Below are positions 1 through 9,580 of a stretch of 64,000 nucleotides of DNA, in pieces. The notes beneath the pieces are model-generated. The model was given only the letters and a program-made list of their open reading frames with translations. It made no database searches and had not been told where the DNA came from. The stretch's first letter is position 1, and each line of letters starts with the position of its first letter. The position numbers and the translations under genes are program-made. The DNA comes from an uncultured Treponema sp. (GTDB lineage: Bacteria; Spirochaetota; Spirochaetia; Treponematales; Treponemataceae), in the NCBI GenBank assembly GCA_937890985.1, contig CALAEM010000118.1:1824-65823 (forward strand). The letters run 5' to 3'.

Positions 1-185
1 AAAACTAACGTGCTTGGTAAAGACGCAAAAAAATCCGCCAAAAGCGTATACCGCAAGCTTGAATAAAACCTCACGCCTAAAATTTCCGCACCAAAAGTTA
101 TAGCTTACTACAACAAAAACTCAAGGTGCGGAATGCCCAAAACTGAATATCCAAAAATCTGAACGTGCAAAATGCACAAAACATT

Positions 186-1097
186 TTACGTTGTTGGTAA
201 TCCGTTTTTGTTAAAGTCCTGCATTTCTTTTTCAAACATTAAAATCATTTTTTGCAAGCAAGCTTTGTGTGAGAATTCTTTTCCGTACTCAGCATATTTG
301 ATTTCCTGCTTTTTTCTTTCTTCACTGTTATCCAACCAATAGTCAATTTTCTCTGCAAGATTATCGGCATCTCCTGCAATAAACAAGCTTCTGTCATCTA
401 AAGCAAATTGCGGTGTTGCAGATTGGTCGCTGTTTGCAATTACTGGAACTAAGCCACAAGAAAAAGCTTCAATGCAGGATATTGCTTCAATTTCTGCATC
501 TGCTGTATGCACATATAAATCCGAATATGAAATAATTTTGATTAATTCTTCTTGTGAGCAAAAAGTAAAAATAGGTTCGTTTTTTAGATTATGCGATAGC
601 TTTTCATATTTGTTTTTTAGAGGTCCCTTGCCAGCAAAAATTAACTGTATGTCTTCTGCATATTTCGACTTTCCAGCCGCCTGAATTAAAATATCTTGTC
701 TCTTTTCTTTTGATAATCTACCTATCATCAATATTACAAATTTATTTTCGAACTCTTTCGGTTTATCGGTCTTATGATATGTAAAACATTCTGCAACACC
801 ATTTGATATAACATGCATTTCGGCATTATACCCGTGTGCTTTTAACTGATTAGCAATAAAAACGCTGGGGCAGTGAATGTGCCGGAAGTATTTATAAAAG
901 CTATCTTTCATGACGAGGTAAAAAAAATCGTTCACAAGTTTTGATTTACCCAGCCCAACTGAATAAGTAAGATTTTGTGGTTGCACATGAAATGCGGCAG
1001 TATGAGGTTTATTTAACTCTCGTGCTATTTTTAATCCCTTTATCGAAAGAAAAAATGGCATAACAAAGTGAACTAAATCAGCCCACTTTATTGCTTC
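186..1097 (-). pseudogene. GT-B glycosyltransferase (family 4/1-like) with the N-terminal domain lost or frameshifted
   Basis: The C-terminal GT-B domain is readable (GRLSKEKRQDILIQAAG, EAFSCGLVPV). An in-frame TAG at 1098-1100 lies only 12 codons upstream of the first ATG (1059-1061), so roughly 90 N-terminal residues are missing. GT-like fragments (LFRKLMFSQVDDFIGSNKVG) sit in another frame at 1100-1170. Confidence 0.55.
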
Positions 1098-1239
1098 CTA
1101 TAAAATCATCTACTTGAGAAAACATCAGTTTTCGAAAGAGATAATTTTCGCCGTTTCGGAAGCAACGCTGAGAAACGGCATACAATCTGCGATGTTTTGA
1201 AAAGATAAATGTTCACCATGCTTTTCAAAACTCGACGTT

Positions 1240-1408
1240 AAAATGAGCGGCGACATTTTAGACGCTCATTTTAAACCTTGTTTTTTCGGAAACTTACTTT
1301 TCCTTGCAGTCAAACTTCGTCCACAATTTTTTTTTGCATTTGTAAACGGTAGAGCTTATCCACAGGCAACCGTTCGGTTGCCATCCTGTGCCACCTTGCG
1401 AAATAATG
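1240..1408 (+). repeat. Nested-palindrome intergenic repeat, diverged copy
   Basis: Palindrome AAAATGAGCG..CGCTCATTTT at 1240-1272. Left box TTGTAAACGGTAGAGCTTATCCACAG, then hairpin GGCAACC-GTTC-GGTTGCC at 1365-1382, then ATCCTGTGCCA. The same layout recurs at 18233 and 36091. Confidence 0.6.
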
Positions 1409-2347
1409 TTATTTCAAGTATTTCAGTGTGCCGTTTTTGTACATTTGCTCGAACACATTGCCTTTCCCGACAAAGTGCCCAGCTCCTGCAAACACAAACG
1501 TCTTTCCGCCATCATTCAAATACTTCTCGAATTGTTTTGCCCATGCAATATTTCGATTTAAGAACATTGTTTCGGTATGTGCCTTGTATGTTTTTTCGGA
1601 AACGCCTTCTGGAATCTCCGTTTCCATAATCATCTTACCCAACTCTTCTCGATTGTCGGCTAAATAAAGTGCCGTCAATTTTTGAAATTCGGAAACCGTT
1701 TTTTTAATGTCCTTGATTTCTTCAATAGTTCCGTGAAGCAACTCAATCTGTTCATCAAATGTTCCTTTTGACAAAAGCTCTATCTGTGAATCAATGCTTT
1801 CCAGTGCTTCAATTTTTCGGTTGCTGGCTCTTCCCATCAAGTATAAGTCGATGCCAGAATCCGCTTTAAGCCCAGTTTTCGCAATAATCCTCTCATTGAC
1901 AGCCATAGTCAAAACCCACGGGTTGAACATAAAAAGAGACTTTCCTTGTTCGCCAAATTCTCGATTAATGACGTTAATTTCTTCAGGCGATAAAAATCCA
2001 GAAAGATTTTTACTTTTGTCAAGGTTCAGCGACTTGAGAATTTTCGCCTGCATTTTTGCAGTTAGCTCTTCCACATTCAATTTGCCGACTTCACTGACCA
2101 ACACATCAGCCGAATCAAATGCTTTTAGCACCTGTTCCTCAAGCGGAAAAAATTTATCGTCGGCAACGTGAATTGTACCCAACACAAAAATCGAAGCGTC
2201 GCCTCTTTGTATTTCCCAAAACATCCGCTCTGGATGTTTAATCAAAATTGCAGGTGCGGTTTTTTGCTTGCTGACACAGCCAAACAACACCAAAACAAAC
2301 AACACCGAAAAAATAACTTTTCGGATTTTATCTTGATAGTTTTTCAT
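1409..2347 (-). CDS. TraB/GumN family protein, probable lipoprotein
   Basis: 312 aa. Signal peptide ending LFGC. Motifs FWEIQRGDASIFVLGTIHV and FVFAGAGHFVG are typical of the TraB/GumN family. Confidence 0.7.
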   Translation of the reverse strand: MKNYQDKIRKVIFSVLFVLVLFGCVSKQKTAPAILIKHPERMFWEIQRGDASIFVLGTIHVADDKFFPLEEQVLKAFDSADVLVSEVGKLNVEELTAKMQAKILKSLNLDKSKNLSGFLSPEEINVINREFGEQGKSLFMFNPWVLTMAVNERIIAKTGLKADSGIDLYLMGRASNRKIEALESIDSQIELLSKGTFDEQIELLHGTIEEIKDIKKTVSEFQKLTALYLADNREELGKMIMETEIPEGVSEKTYKAHTETMFLNRNIAWAKQFEKYLNDGGKTFVFAGAGHFVGKGNVFEQMYKNGTLKYLK

Positions 2348-2642
2348 TAAAGACCTCGAGGTTCATTATGCAAAAAATAGAGCTGCGTGTCAACTTGTAT
2401 TTGCTCTTGTTCAATTTTGCTTTTCTCGAGGTCTTTTTCCGCGTTAGCCTTGCTATAAGCTTTAAATATGGTAACGGATTTTAGCTATGAATTATTTTTT
2501 TAAAGAGATTAAGTTTTGAGTCTTTTTTTATGTTTTTGAATTTATATTTTGCCAATTTGATTTCGATAGTTTGCTTTGTCGCCTTGTATTTTTTTACATT
2601 CGATGTTATAATAAAGTCCAGAAATATGATGAGGAGATACGT

Positions 2643-4673
2643 ATGATTTCAAACGAAAAAATCGGACAAGCATTGACGATTAAGCTGGATGCGACATTGC
2701 CACCTCCGCCGTCGTTCCAAAAAGGTATTAGGCGGGCACCTAGTCGTGGCTTTCATTTAACGAAAGCTCAAACTACGACGGCTTTGAAGAACGCCCTTCG
2801 CTATGTTCCGGAAAGTTTGCACGATAAACTTGCCGATGAGTTTTTGCAGGAGCTTTATACTTACGGGCGGATTTACGCCTATCGTTTCCGACCTGAGGGT
2901 GCGATTTATGGTAAACCGATTGATGAATACAAGGGAAAGTGCCTTGCAGGAAAAGCCTTTCAAGTCATGATAGACAACAACCTTGATTTTGACGTTGCAC
3001 TGTATCCGTATGAACTTGTAACCTATGGCGAGACTGGGTCGGTTTGTCACAACTGGCTGCAATATCGCCTTATCAAAAAATACCTTGAGGAATTGACTGA
3101 TGATTTGACGCTTGTTGTGGAGTCAGGTCATCCGCTCGGCTTGTTTCCTTCAAAGCCCGATGCCCCGCGTGTAATTATCACGAATGCGTTGATGATTGGT
3201 ATGTTTAACAATTCTCGGGATTGGGAAATTGCCGAAGAAATGGGCGTGGCAAACTACGGTCAGATGACTGCTGGCGGTTGGATGTACATTGGACCGCAGG
3301 GCATCGTTCACGGAACGTTTAACACGATTTTAACTGCTGGACGCAAAGAGCTTGGTGTACCGAGCGATGGCGATTTACGCGGGAAGCTTTTTATCTCGTC
3401 GGGACTTGGCGGAATGAGCGGGGCTCAACCGAAAGCCTGCGAAATAGCAAACGCTGTCGGTGTTTTTGCAGAAGTTGACAAGTCCAGAATCAATACTCGA
3501 TTGGAGCAAGGTTGGGTTCACGAAATGTCTGATAACCTTGACGCAATTTTCAAAACCGTGGATGAACACATCAAAAGTAAAAAAGCAATTTCGATTGCGT
3601 ATCACGGAAATATTGTTGACCTTTTGCAATATTGCGTTGATAAAAATATCCATATTGACTTGCTTTCAGACCAGACTTCATGTCATGCTCCATATGAGGG
3701 CGGGTATTGTCCTGAAAAGATGACCTTTGAAGAGCGAACGAAAATGCTTGCAGAGAACCGCGACGAATTTTGCCGACGTGTCGATGAAACTTTGCGACAC
3801 CATTTCGACTTGATTAAAACGCTTTCGAAGCGAGGCACTTACTTTTTCGATTATGGAAACTCGTTTTTGAAAGCTGTATTTGATGCTGGTGCAAAAGATG
3901 TTTCAAAAAACGGAATTGACGAAAAAGATGGATTTATTTTCCCGTCGTACGTTGAAGATTTGATGGGACCAGAGCTATTCGATTATGGATACGGGCCGTT
4001 CCGCTGGGTATGTTTGTCGGGCAAGAGCGAAGATTTGGACAAAACGGATGCAGCTGCGATGAGCTGTATCAATCCAGAACGACGTGGTCAAGACAGAGAT
4101 AATTATCTTTGGGTGCGTGATGCCAAAAAGAATAAACTCGTTGTCGGAACGCAAGCACGCATTTTGTACCAAGATGCGGAAGGCAGGCGTGACATTGCGT
4201 TGAAGTTCAATGAAATGGTACGCAAGGGTGAAATTGGTCCTGTAATGATGGGACGCGACCATCACGACGTGAGCGGTACGGATTCTCCTTTCCGTGAAAC
4301 TGCAAACATCAAGGACGGTAGCAATGTTATGGCTGATATGGCAGTGCAGTGCTATGCAGGTAATGCAGCCCGCGGTATGAGTTTAGTTGCATTGCATAAC
4401 GGCGGTGGTGTTGGCATCGGAAAGTCCGTCAACGGTGGGTTTGGTTTGTTGCTAGACGGAAGTGAGCGGGTTGACGAGATTATCAAATCGGCTATTATGT
4501 GGGACGTTATGGGCGGTGTTGCTCGACGAAGCTGGGCTCGCAACGAGCACTCAATCGAAACGAGTATCGACTACAACAAAAAATACAACGGACATATTAC
4601 GCTTCCGTATATTGCCGATGAGAAAAAGCTACAATCCCTCGTCGAAAAAACTTGGGAATCACGACACAAGTAA
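2643..4673 (+). CDS. hutU: Urocanate hydratase
   Basis: Long-form urocanase pattern (GLGGMSGAQP, GTQARILY, HNGGGVGIG). The start was moved from the TTG at 2571 to the ATG at 2643, which is preceded by GAGGAG. Confidence 0.85.
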   Translation: MISNEKIGQALTIKLDATLPPPPSFQKGIRRAPSRGFHLTKAQTTTALKNALRYVPESLHDKLADEFLQELYTYGRIYAYRFRPEGAIYGKPIDEYKGKCLAGKAFQVMIDNNLDFDVALYPYELVTYGETGSVCHNWLQYRLIKKYLEELTDDLTLVVESGHPLGLFPSKPDAPRVIITNALMIGMFNNSRDWEIAEEMGVANYGQMTAGGWMYIGPQGIVHGTFNTILTAGRKELGVPSDGDLRGKLFISSGLGGMSGAQPKACEIANAVGVFAEVDKSRINTRLEQGWVHEMSDNLDAIFKTVDEHIKSKKAISIAYHGNIVDLLQYCVDKNIHIDLLSDQTSCHAPYEGGYCPEKMTFEERTKMLAENRDEFCRRVDETLRHHFDLIKTLSKRGTYFFDYGNSFLKAVFDAGAKDVSKNGIDEKDGFIFPSYVEDLMGPELFDYGYGPFRWVCLSGKSEDLDKTDAAAMSCINPERRGQDRDNYLWVRDAKKNKLVVGTQARILYQDAEGRRDIALKFNEMVRKGEIGPVMMGRDHHDVSGTDSPFRETANIKDGSNVMADMAVQCYAGNAARGMSLVALHNGGGVGIGKSVNGGFGLLLDGSERVDEIIKSAIMWDVMGGVARRSWARNEHSIETSIDYNKKYNGHITLPYIADEKKLQSLVEKTWESRHK

Positions 4674-4949
4674 AATCAGGCAATTTTTGCTTTACGCCCG
4701 CGTGCTATTTTGCAGGCGGACGTAGTGTAATGTTTTGATATGTGCAGGTTGTCCGCTTTTGCGACAACCTGCTTGATTCTGGGCTTGTCCGCTTACAGGT
4801 TACTCTTGTGCGTAAAAGCCCATCTTCGCCGTTTACAAATACTAAAAAAATAGCATCCACGTCGGAAATGTCAGGAATGATAACGATAGTCGCGATTGGA
4901 GAAAGTTCGATGACTTTCAAGAATGGCAGTGCAGTTTGGAAACGCAAAG

Positions 4950-5288
4950 TTAGCTTTTGTTTTGCGGTGAGGTTGCATCTACATCCCAATTTTTTACCAT
5001 CGTTTTAAACTCATTCAACATCAACAAAATACGGGGCTTTGCTTCGGCAGAGTAATGCTTCGCTTCGCGTTCGAGCTTTTGCAAAAAAGGCAACAGCGGT
5101 TTTAGCTTTTCAAGTGGAACCTTTGAAGGCACGTATTCCAAAAGAATGCTTCCAGTAACGTGATTGTACTCGACATTGCGAACCGCCTGCGAAGTTTTCA
5201 GTATTGCAATCGCCGTATTGGTGATTTCCAAATCTTTGAAAATTTCAGCTCGCAGGCGGATTCTGCCTGGAAAAAAACTTGTTATCAT
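4950..5288 (-). CDS. Small HMA-like (ferredoxin-fold) protein without a CxxC motif, coupled to the P-type ATPase
   Basis: 112 aa. FFPGRIRLRAE..VEYNHVTGSILLEY mirrors the ATPase N-terminus (LPGRLRLHY..NTKTASFLVHY). It contains no Cys. Its start overlaps the ATPase stop by 4 nt. Confidence 0.6.
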   Translation of the reverse strand: MITSFFPGRIRLRAEIFKDLEITNTAIAILKTSQAVRNVEYNHVTGSILLEYVPSKVPLEKLKPLLPFLQKLEREAKHYSAEAKPRILLMLNEFKTMVKNWDVDATSPQNKS

Positions 5289-7396
5289 TGTGCATCTGTC
5301 TCCAAAACTTTTTGCATTGCCTGAATACTAATTGCGACAGTCAGCGAATTGTGAAACACAGCTGCGAGGGCTGGTTGGATAAGCCCGAAAATTCCTGCAA
5401 ACAGCAAAAGCGAATTGCTCCCGATGATAAAGCGATTATTGGAGTTGATTTTTCGCAGCACGCCTTGACCGAGCTTCCGCACTTGCACCAAGCTCGAAAG
5501 TCCGTCGCCCGAAAGAACAATGTCGGCAGTGTCGCCAGCAATTGATGAGCAGTTATCCATCGCAATTCCGACACTTGCTGCCGAAAGAGCAGGTGCGTCA
5601 TTTATACCGTCGCCTATCATAATCACGCTTTTGCCGCTATCAATTTCGTCTTGGACAAATTTCACTTTGTCTTCGGGAAGAGCTTGCGAGCGGTATTCGG
5701 TTATCCCGACATCTGAAGCGATTTTTGCCGCTGCTTGTTCGGAGTCGCCTGTAATCATAACGAAACGTCGAATCCCAGTTTGCTTCAACGCCGCAATCGC
5801 TGCTGCCGCATTTTCACGAACTGGGTCACCAATTGCGATTATGCCAGCAAGTTTACCGTCAACAGCCAAGTACAAAAGTGAACAACCCGATTCGGTGGCT
5901 TTTTTTTGCAAGGTTTTCGCTTTTTGCGACAACGGAATATGCTCATCGTCAAAAATAAAGTGAGCACTTCCAATGCATAATCTTTTTTCATCTAAGTGCG
6001 AAACAATTCCGTGAGCGACAATGTATTCAACTTTTGCGTGGTCTTCTGGATGAATGAGTCCTTTTTCATTGGCGGCTGCAACAACGGCTCGTCCCAGAGG
6101 ATGCGGGAAATGCTCTTCAAGGCAAGCCGCAAGTTTAAGCACTTCATCCGCGGTGAATGAGCCAATTGGATACACTTCTTCGACAACAGGATTTGCATAG
6201 GTGAGCGTGCCTGTTTTGTCGAACACAACTGTGTCAGCAATAGCGGCTTCCTCTAAAAATTTGCCACCTTTTACCGAGATTCCCAACTCGGCGGCTTCTT
6301 TCATTGCGGAAAGCATAGCAATCGGAGCGGCAAGCTTCATCGCACAAGAATAATCGACCATCAACGTCGAAATTGTTTTTGAAATATCGCGAGTAAACAA
6401 AAAGGTTAAACCAGTCAGTAAAAAGTTAAACGGCACGATTTTTTCAGCAAGCTGCTCAGAACGTTTTTGTGCCGAAGCCTTCAAAATATTAGAGCGGTCA
6501 ATCATCGCGATAATATTGTTGACTTTTGTTTTTGTTCCCGTTGAACGAACCCGAATGTATAATTCACCCTCGACGAGGATAGTTCCAGCAAATACACTTT
6601 GTCCAGGAGCTTTTTCAACTGGGAGCGATTCACCTGTGATACTTGCTTGGTTAACCATACCTTCGCCTTGCTCAACCTCGCCGTCGGCAGGTATTTGACT
6701 GCCTTGCCTCACCACAATTAAATCGTCTTTTTTAAGTGCAGACGCAGGAACGCTTTTTTCTTCGCTGCCCGCAATTCCGCCTTCGAGGAGATGAACTGGC
6801 TCGTTTGAGATAAGTAGCGTTTGGGCTAAATTCTCGTAAGACTGCCTTTTTGTCAGCTCTTCAATTTCTTCGCCCATAGTTAAAAGCGTGGAAATTGAAC
6901 GTGCGGTTGAAGTTTTTCCGTCCAAAACCGCAGCCGTTAAAGCGACTGCATCCAGTAAATCTGTGCTAAAAAAATTGCCCGAGAAGCATTGCTCGACAGC
7001 TTTTCCGATACGTGGCAAAATGCTTTTACAAAGGAGCAAATTCTTGATTGGTAGAGGCAAAAGTGCACGGACTGCAACGTTAATCAGGGTACCGACCAGC
7101 ACGTCGAAAATGCTTTCGGTAATTGGTATGTCAGCGACTGCTTCCAATAAACTTTTATCATTTAAGTACTCATCCGACAAAACACGAAACAAAGCGAGAA
7201 CTTCTTTTTCGGAAATTTTATCGTGATGATAATGCACCAAAAATGAAGCGGTTTTTGTGTTTACCTGAATGTCGGAAATACCGTCTTGGACGGCAATTAA
7301 AGTTTGGGCGAGAACCGCCTGCCTGACTGAAACTTCTGTACGTTGATAATGCAGCCGTAATCTACCAGGCAGGGAATGTTTGACTGTAACTTTCAT
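5285..7396 (-). CDS. P1B-type (heavy-metal family) P-type ATPase with an SCA transmembrane motif
   Basis: 703 aa. Motifs ITGES, FDKTGTLT and GDGINDAPAL are present. The membrane motif reads DYSCAMKLAAP where CPC is usual. The N-terminal HMA-like domain lacks CxxC. Confidence 0.85.
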   Translation of the reverse strand: MKVTVKHSLPGRLRLHYQRTEVSVRQAVLAQTLIAVQDGISDIQVNTKTASFLVHYHHDKISEKEVLALFRVLSDEYLNDKSLLEAVADIPITESIFDVLVGTLINVAVRALLPLPIKNLLLCKSILPRIGKAVEQCFSGNFFSTDLLDAVALTAAVLDGKTSTARSISTLLTMGEEIEELTKRQSYENLAQTLLISNEPVHLLEGGIAGSEEKSVPASALKKDDLIVVRQGSQIPADGEVEQGEGMVNQASITGESLPVEKAPGQSVFAGTILVEGELYIRVRSTGTKTKVNNIIAMIDRSNILKASAQKRSEQLAEKIVPFNFLLTGLTFLFTRDISKTISTLMVDYSCAMKLAAPIAMLSAMKEAAELGISVKGGKFLEEAAIADTVVFDKTGTLTYANPVVEEVYPIGSFTADEVLKLAACLEEHFPHPLGRAVVAAANEKGLIHPEDHAKVEYIVAHGIVSHLDEKRLCIGSAHFIFDDEHIPLSQKAKTLQKKATESGCSLLYLAVDGKLAGIIAIGDPVRENAAAAIAALKQTGIRRFVMITGDSEQAAAKIASDVGITEYRSQALPEDKVKFVQDEIDSGKSVIMIGDGINDAPALSAASVGIAMDNCSSIAGDTADIVLSGDGLSSLVQVRKLGQGVLRKINSNNRFIIGSNSLLLFAGIFGLIQPALAAVFHNSLTVAISIQAMQKVLETDAQ

Positions 7397-7405
7397 CCTG
7401 TTACA

Positions 7406-7627
7406 TTACTCGTTGGCTTTGGCTGTGTTATATTCAGCTTCCGCGATAATATCCTGAGCATCTTCTTTGACGGATTCGGCAAAAGCAACTGCGTCTTTTT
7501 TCAACTGCATGCCTTTTCCGATAACAGCAGCACAAGCCTTGCGAAATGCTGGCTTACGTATAATTACAGCCGCAGTAATGCCTACTGCGACACCAACACC
7601 AAAAGCAACCCACTTATTTGAAAACAT
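7406..7627 (-). CDS. Small membrane-anchored protein, first gene of the ATPase operon
   Basis: 73 aa starting at the internal ATG (MFSNKWVAFGVGVAVGITAAVII...), preceded by AGGAG with 8 nt spacing. It has one N-terminal TM helix and an amphipathic tail. Confidence 0.55.
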   Translation of the reverse strand: MFSNKWVAFGVGVAVGITAAVIIRKPAFRKACAAVIGKGMQLKKDAVAFAESVKEDAQDIIAEAEYNTAKANE

Positions 7628-7656
7628 AGTATCACTCCTATAAAATATGATTTGCC

Positions 7657-7685
7657 AGTATAATGAATTGTTGTAAAAAATGCAA
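7657..7685 (-). promoter_or_regulatory. Sigma70-like promoter for the ATPase operon
   Basis: The minus strand reads TTGCAT (7680-7685), a 17 nt spacer, then TATACT (7657-7662), about 30 nt upstream of the 7627 start. Confidence 0.5.
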
Positions 7686-7770
7686 GTGATTTTTAAAATA
7701 TTTCCAAAACTCTTTTCAATACTGAATTTTTGCCTACATATTTTCTCCCGTAAAAATCCATAATCGCTCC

Positions 7771-7934
7771 CATTCACCGAATATGCAGCCGATGTGGTGC
7801 CTTAAAATCCTTATAGGATTTTAAGGCACCTAGCATGTATCAAAGGCTTTCTAGGAATACGCTAAAAGCTCATTTTCGCCAGAGACGCAGGTCAATTCAA
7901 AATACCAATATTTTAATTATTGTAATGACCTGCG
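7771..7934 (+). repeat. Nested-palindrome intergenic repeat
   Basis: Left box CATTCACCGAATATGCAGCCGATGT. Hairpin GGTGCCTTAAAATCC-TTAT-AGGATTTTAAGGCACC at 7796-7830. Right box ..TTTCTAGGAATACGCTAAAAGCTCATTTTCGCC. A second hairpin, CGCAGGTCA..TGACCTGCG, lies at 7886-7934. Confidence 0.75.
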
Positions 7935-8256
7935 ACATTGATAAACCGTCATCACGTTGACGCAATCTTCGCAATTTTGCTGACGCGAACATCGGGAGGC
8001 TTATAACTGGCGACTTCGCTTCCGAAACTATGAGGGTTTTGTGTAATTTATAGAATAAACATTTGTTATCCAGTTAGTGCCTTTGTGTACGAGGGCGTAT
8101 CTAAAAACTCAGTTCGATTTTAGAATATGCTCAATATCGAAAACGTAATTTGCGTCTCGATACAAGTGGCGGGTTTTGCAATAAAACTCGTCTATAAAAA
8201 TGTTGCTGACAACCTTGTGCTTTTGTATGGCGTTTCGGCAGCTGTGTGAGGCTTTT

Positions 8257-9267
8257 ATGAAAAAATGTATTTTTTTGATTGTTGCTGTTTTTTTTGCTTT
8301 CAGCGTTACTGCACAAGTTCCTATGGCAAAAACTTCATCCGAAGATTTGGAATTGGCGATATTTACGCAGTATTTGGGTAAGCATGCGTCTTCGCAGGCA
8401 GTTAGCCGTGCGGACTTTTTTTCTTCGATACGGGTTGAAACAATTTCAACGTTTGACAAAGTACGTGCTGGTGCAGCATTTAAAAGCTCTGCACGTGCAA
8501 AGTTTTCGATGCTAAATGGCGAAACAAAAACACCGCTTGCTGAAAAAGAAATTATCGTGCGTTACCCTGAACAAACTGACACAGGCGTTGTGCTAAAGTA
8601 TACAAATATAAAAACCGATGCGACAGGTCTTGCACAGTTTTCGTTGCCTGTGTTTCAAAAACCTATTTTGTCCGAAGTAACTTTTGCGTTAAAGCTCTTT
8701 CCCGCTGAAACGGAAACTCAGCAAAGTGAGCCGCTTGAGTTTCAAAAACTCGCTGCGGAAGAGCTGGAAAAAATTTCAGCGTCGTTTCCATGCAAAGTTG
8801 GAAGTGCAAAACGCACTGGCTTGAAACTCACAATTGATATTGCGGACTTCGACGAAAAAGGCAACGTGTTCGGTCGCAACATGGTTGGAACGGCTTTGCT
8901 TGGTGAATTAATGCGACGCGGCTATTTGTGGCCAGGCAACTATGATTCTGCAATCATACGAAATGCTAACCGCCCGATGGAGCAAGTTGTGGAAGTTGCT
9001 GCCAAAGATTTTGCGGGAAACGTCAAGGATTTTATTTTCGGACGAGCGAAAATCATCAAAAAGGAAAAAGTGAACGATTCGTGGGAAGCTGTTTGCGAGC
9101 TCCAAGCACAAATTTGGGATATGAAAACGAAAACTTGCGTGAAAGAAATTACTTGTCAGGCGACGGCAACTGCAAAAACAAGCTCAGATGCCGTGTTCCA
9201 AGCCCGCACTAAACTTGGACAGGAAGTTCTTGCCGATTTACTGGAATTCGGCTTTGAGTTCCAATAA
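8257..9267 (+). CDS. Secreted hypothetical protein
   Basis: The start was moved to the ATG at 8257 (GAGG upstream). Signal peptide MKKCIFLIVAVFFAFSVTAQ. No family was recognised. Confidence 0.5.
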   Translation: MKKCIFLIVAVFFAFSVTAQVPMAKTSSEDLELAIFTQYLGKHASSQAVSRADFFSSIRVETISTFDKVRAGAAFKSSARAKFSMLNGETKTPLAEKEIIVRYPEQTDTGVVLKYTNIKTDATGLAQFSLPVFQKPILSEVTFALKLFPAETETQQSEPLEFQKLAAEELEKISASFPCKVGSAKRTGLKLTIDIADFDEKGNVFGRNMVGTALLGELMRRGYLWPGNYDSAIIRNANRPMEQVVEVAAKDFAGNVKDFIFGRAKIIKKEKVNDSWEAVCELQAQIWDMKTKTCVKEITCQATATAKTSSDAVFQARTKLGQEVLADLLEFGFEFQ

Positions 9268-9316
9268 GTTTTGTTAAATTTCTGGTTCAAAGCAATTCGC
9301 AACTGCTTTCAAAAAA

Positions 9317-9346
9317 AGACTTTCGAAATCCGAAGGTCTTTTTTTG
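9317..9346 (+). terminator. Rho-independent terminator (bidirectional shape)
   Basis: AGACTTTCG-AAATC-CGAAGGTCT, flanked by an A-run upstream and TTTTTT downstream, about 50 nt after the 9267 stop. Confidence 0.65.
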
Positions 9347-9361
9347 TCGGTGATTACGATT

Positions 9362-9471
9362 CGAGCCTACACCGCTGTCCGTGGCGGAAATGAGCTTTTT
9401 GCGTATTCGTAAAATGCATTTGAACATGATGGCAACCGAAGGTTGCCCGTGAGTTGCACATTCGGTTAATG
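9362..9471 (-). repeat. Nested-palindrome intergenic repeat (reverse orientation)
   Basis: The reverse complement reads CATTAACCGAATGTGCAACTCACG, GGCAACC-TTC-GGTTGCC (9431-9447), then ATCATGTTCAAATGCATTTTACGAATACGCAAAAAGCTCATTTCCGCC. Confidence 0.8.
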
Positions 9472-9513
9472 AGGATAAAATTATCTATTTATCGTTGGTG
9501 AATGTTGAACCTA

Positions 9514-9542
9514 TTGAAACTTTTTGGGAAATTAAGCATAAT
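9514..9542 (+). promoter_or_regulatory. Sigma70-like promoter for grdCD
   Basis: TTGAAA (9514-9519), a 17 nt spacer, then CATAAT (9537-9542), about 40 nt upstream of the 9581 start. Confidence 0.5.
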
Positions 9543-9580
9543 GTGTAATAAGACTTTTTACCGAACTTTTTGGAGGATTT

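Noticed and set aside
4744-4772. Similarity of the hairpin GCAGGTTGTC..GACAACCTGC to the attC-like arm AATGCAGGTTAAGCGG.
   Set aside because: Only about 8 nt are shared, the order of neighbouring motifs differs, and there are no core-site motifs. It is most simply a terminator between convergent units.
4705-4989. A 94 aa minus-strand ORF downstream of the HMA-like gene, which could be a fourth operon member.
   Set aside because: It overlaps the end of the 4950-5288 gene. It has no visible SD. It also runs through the 10 bp hairpin at 4744-4772, which looks like the hutU and operon terminator. It cannot be excluded without expression data.
8109-8459. A 116 aa minus-strand ORF opposite the start of the 8257-9267 gene.
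   Set aside because: It overlaps a signal-peptide gene that has a good ribosome-binding site, and it has no motif or ribosome-binding site of its own.
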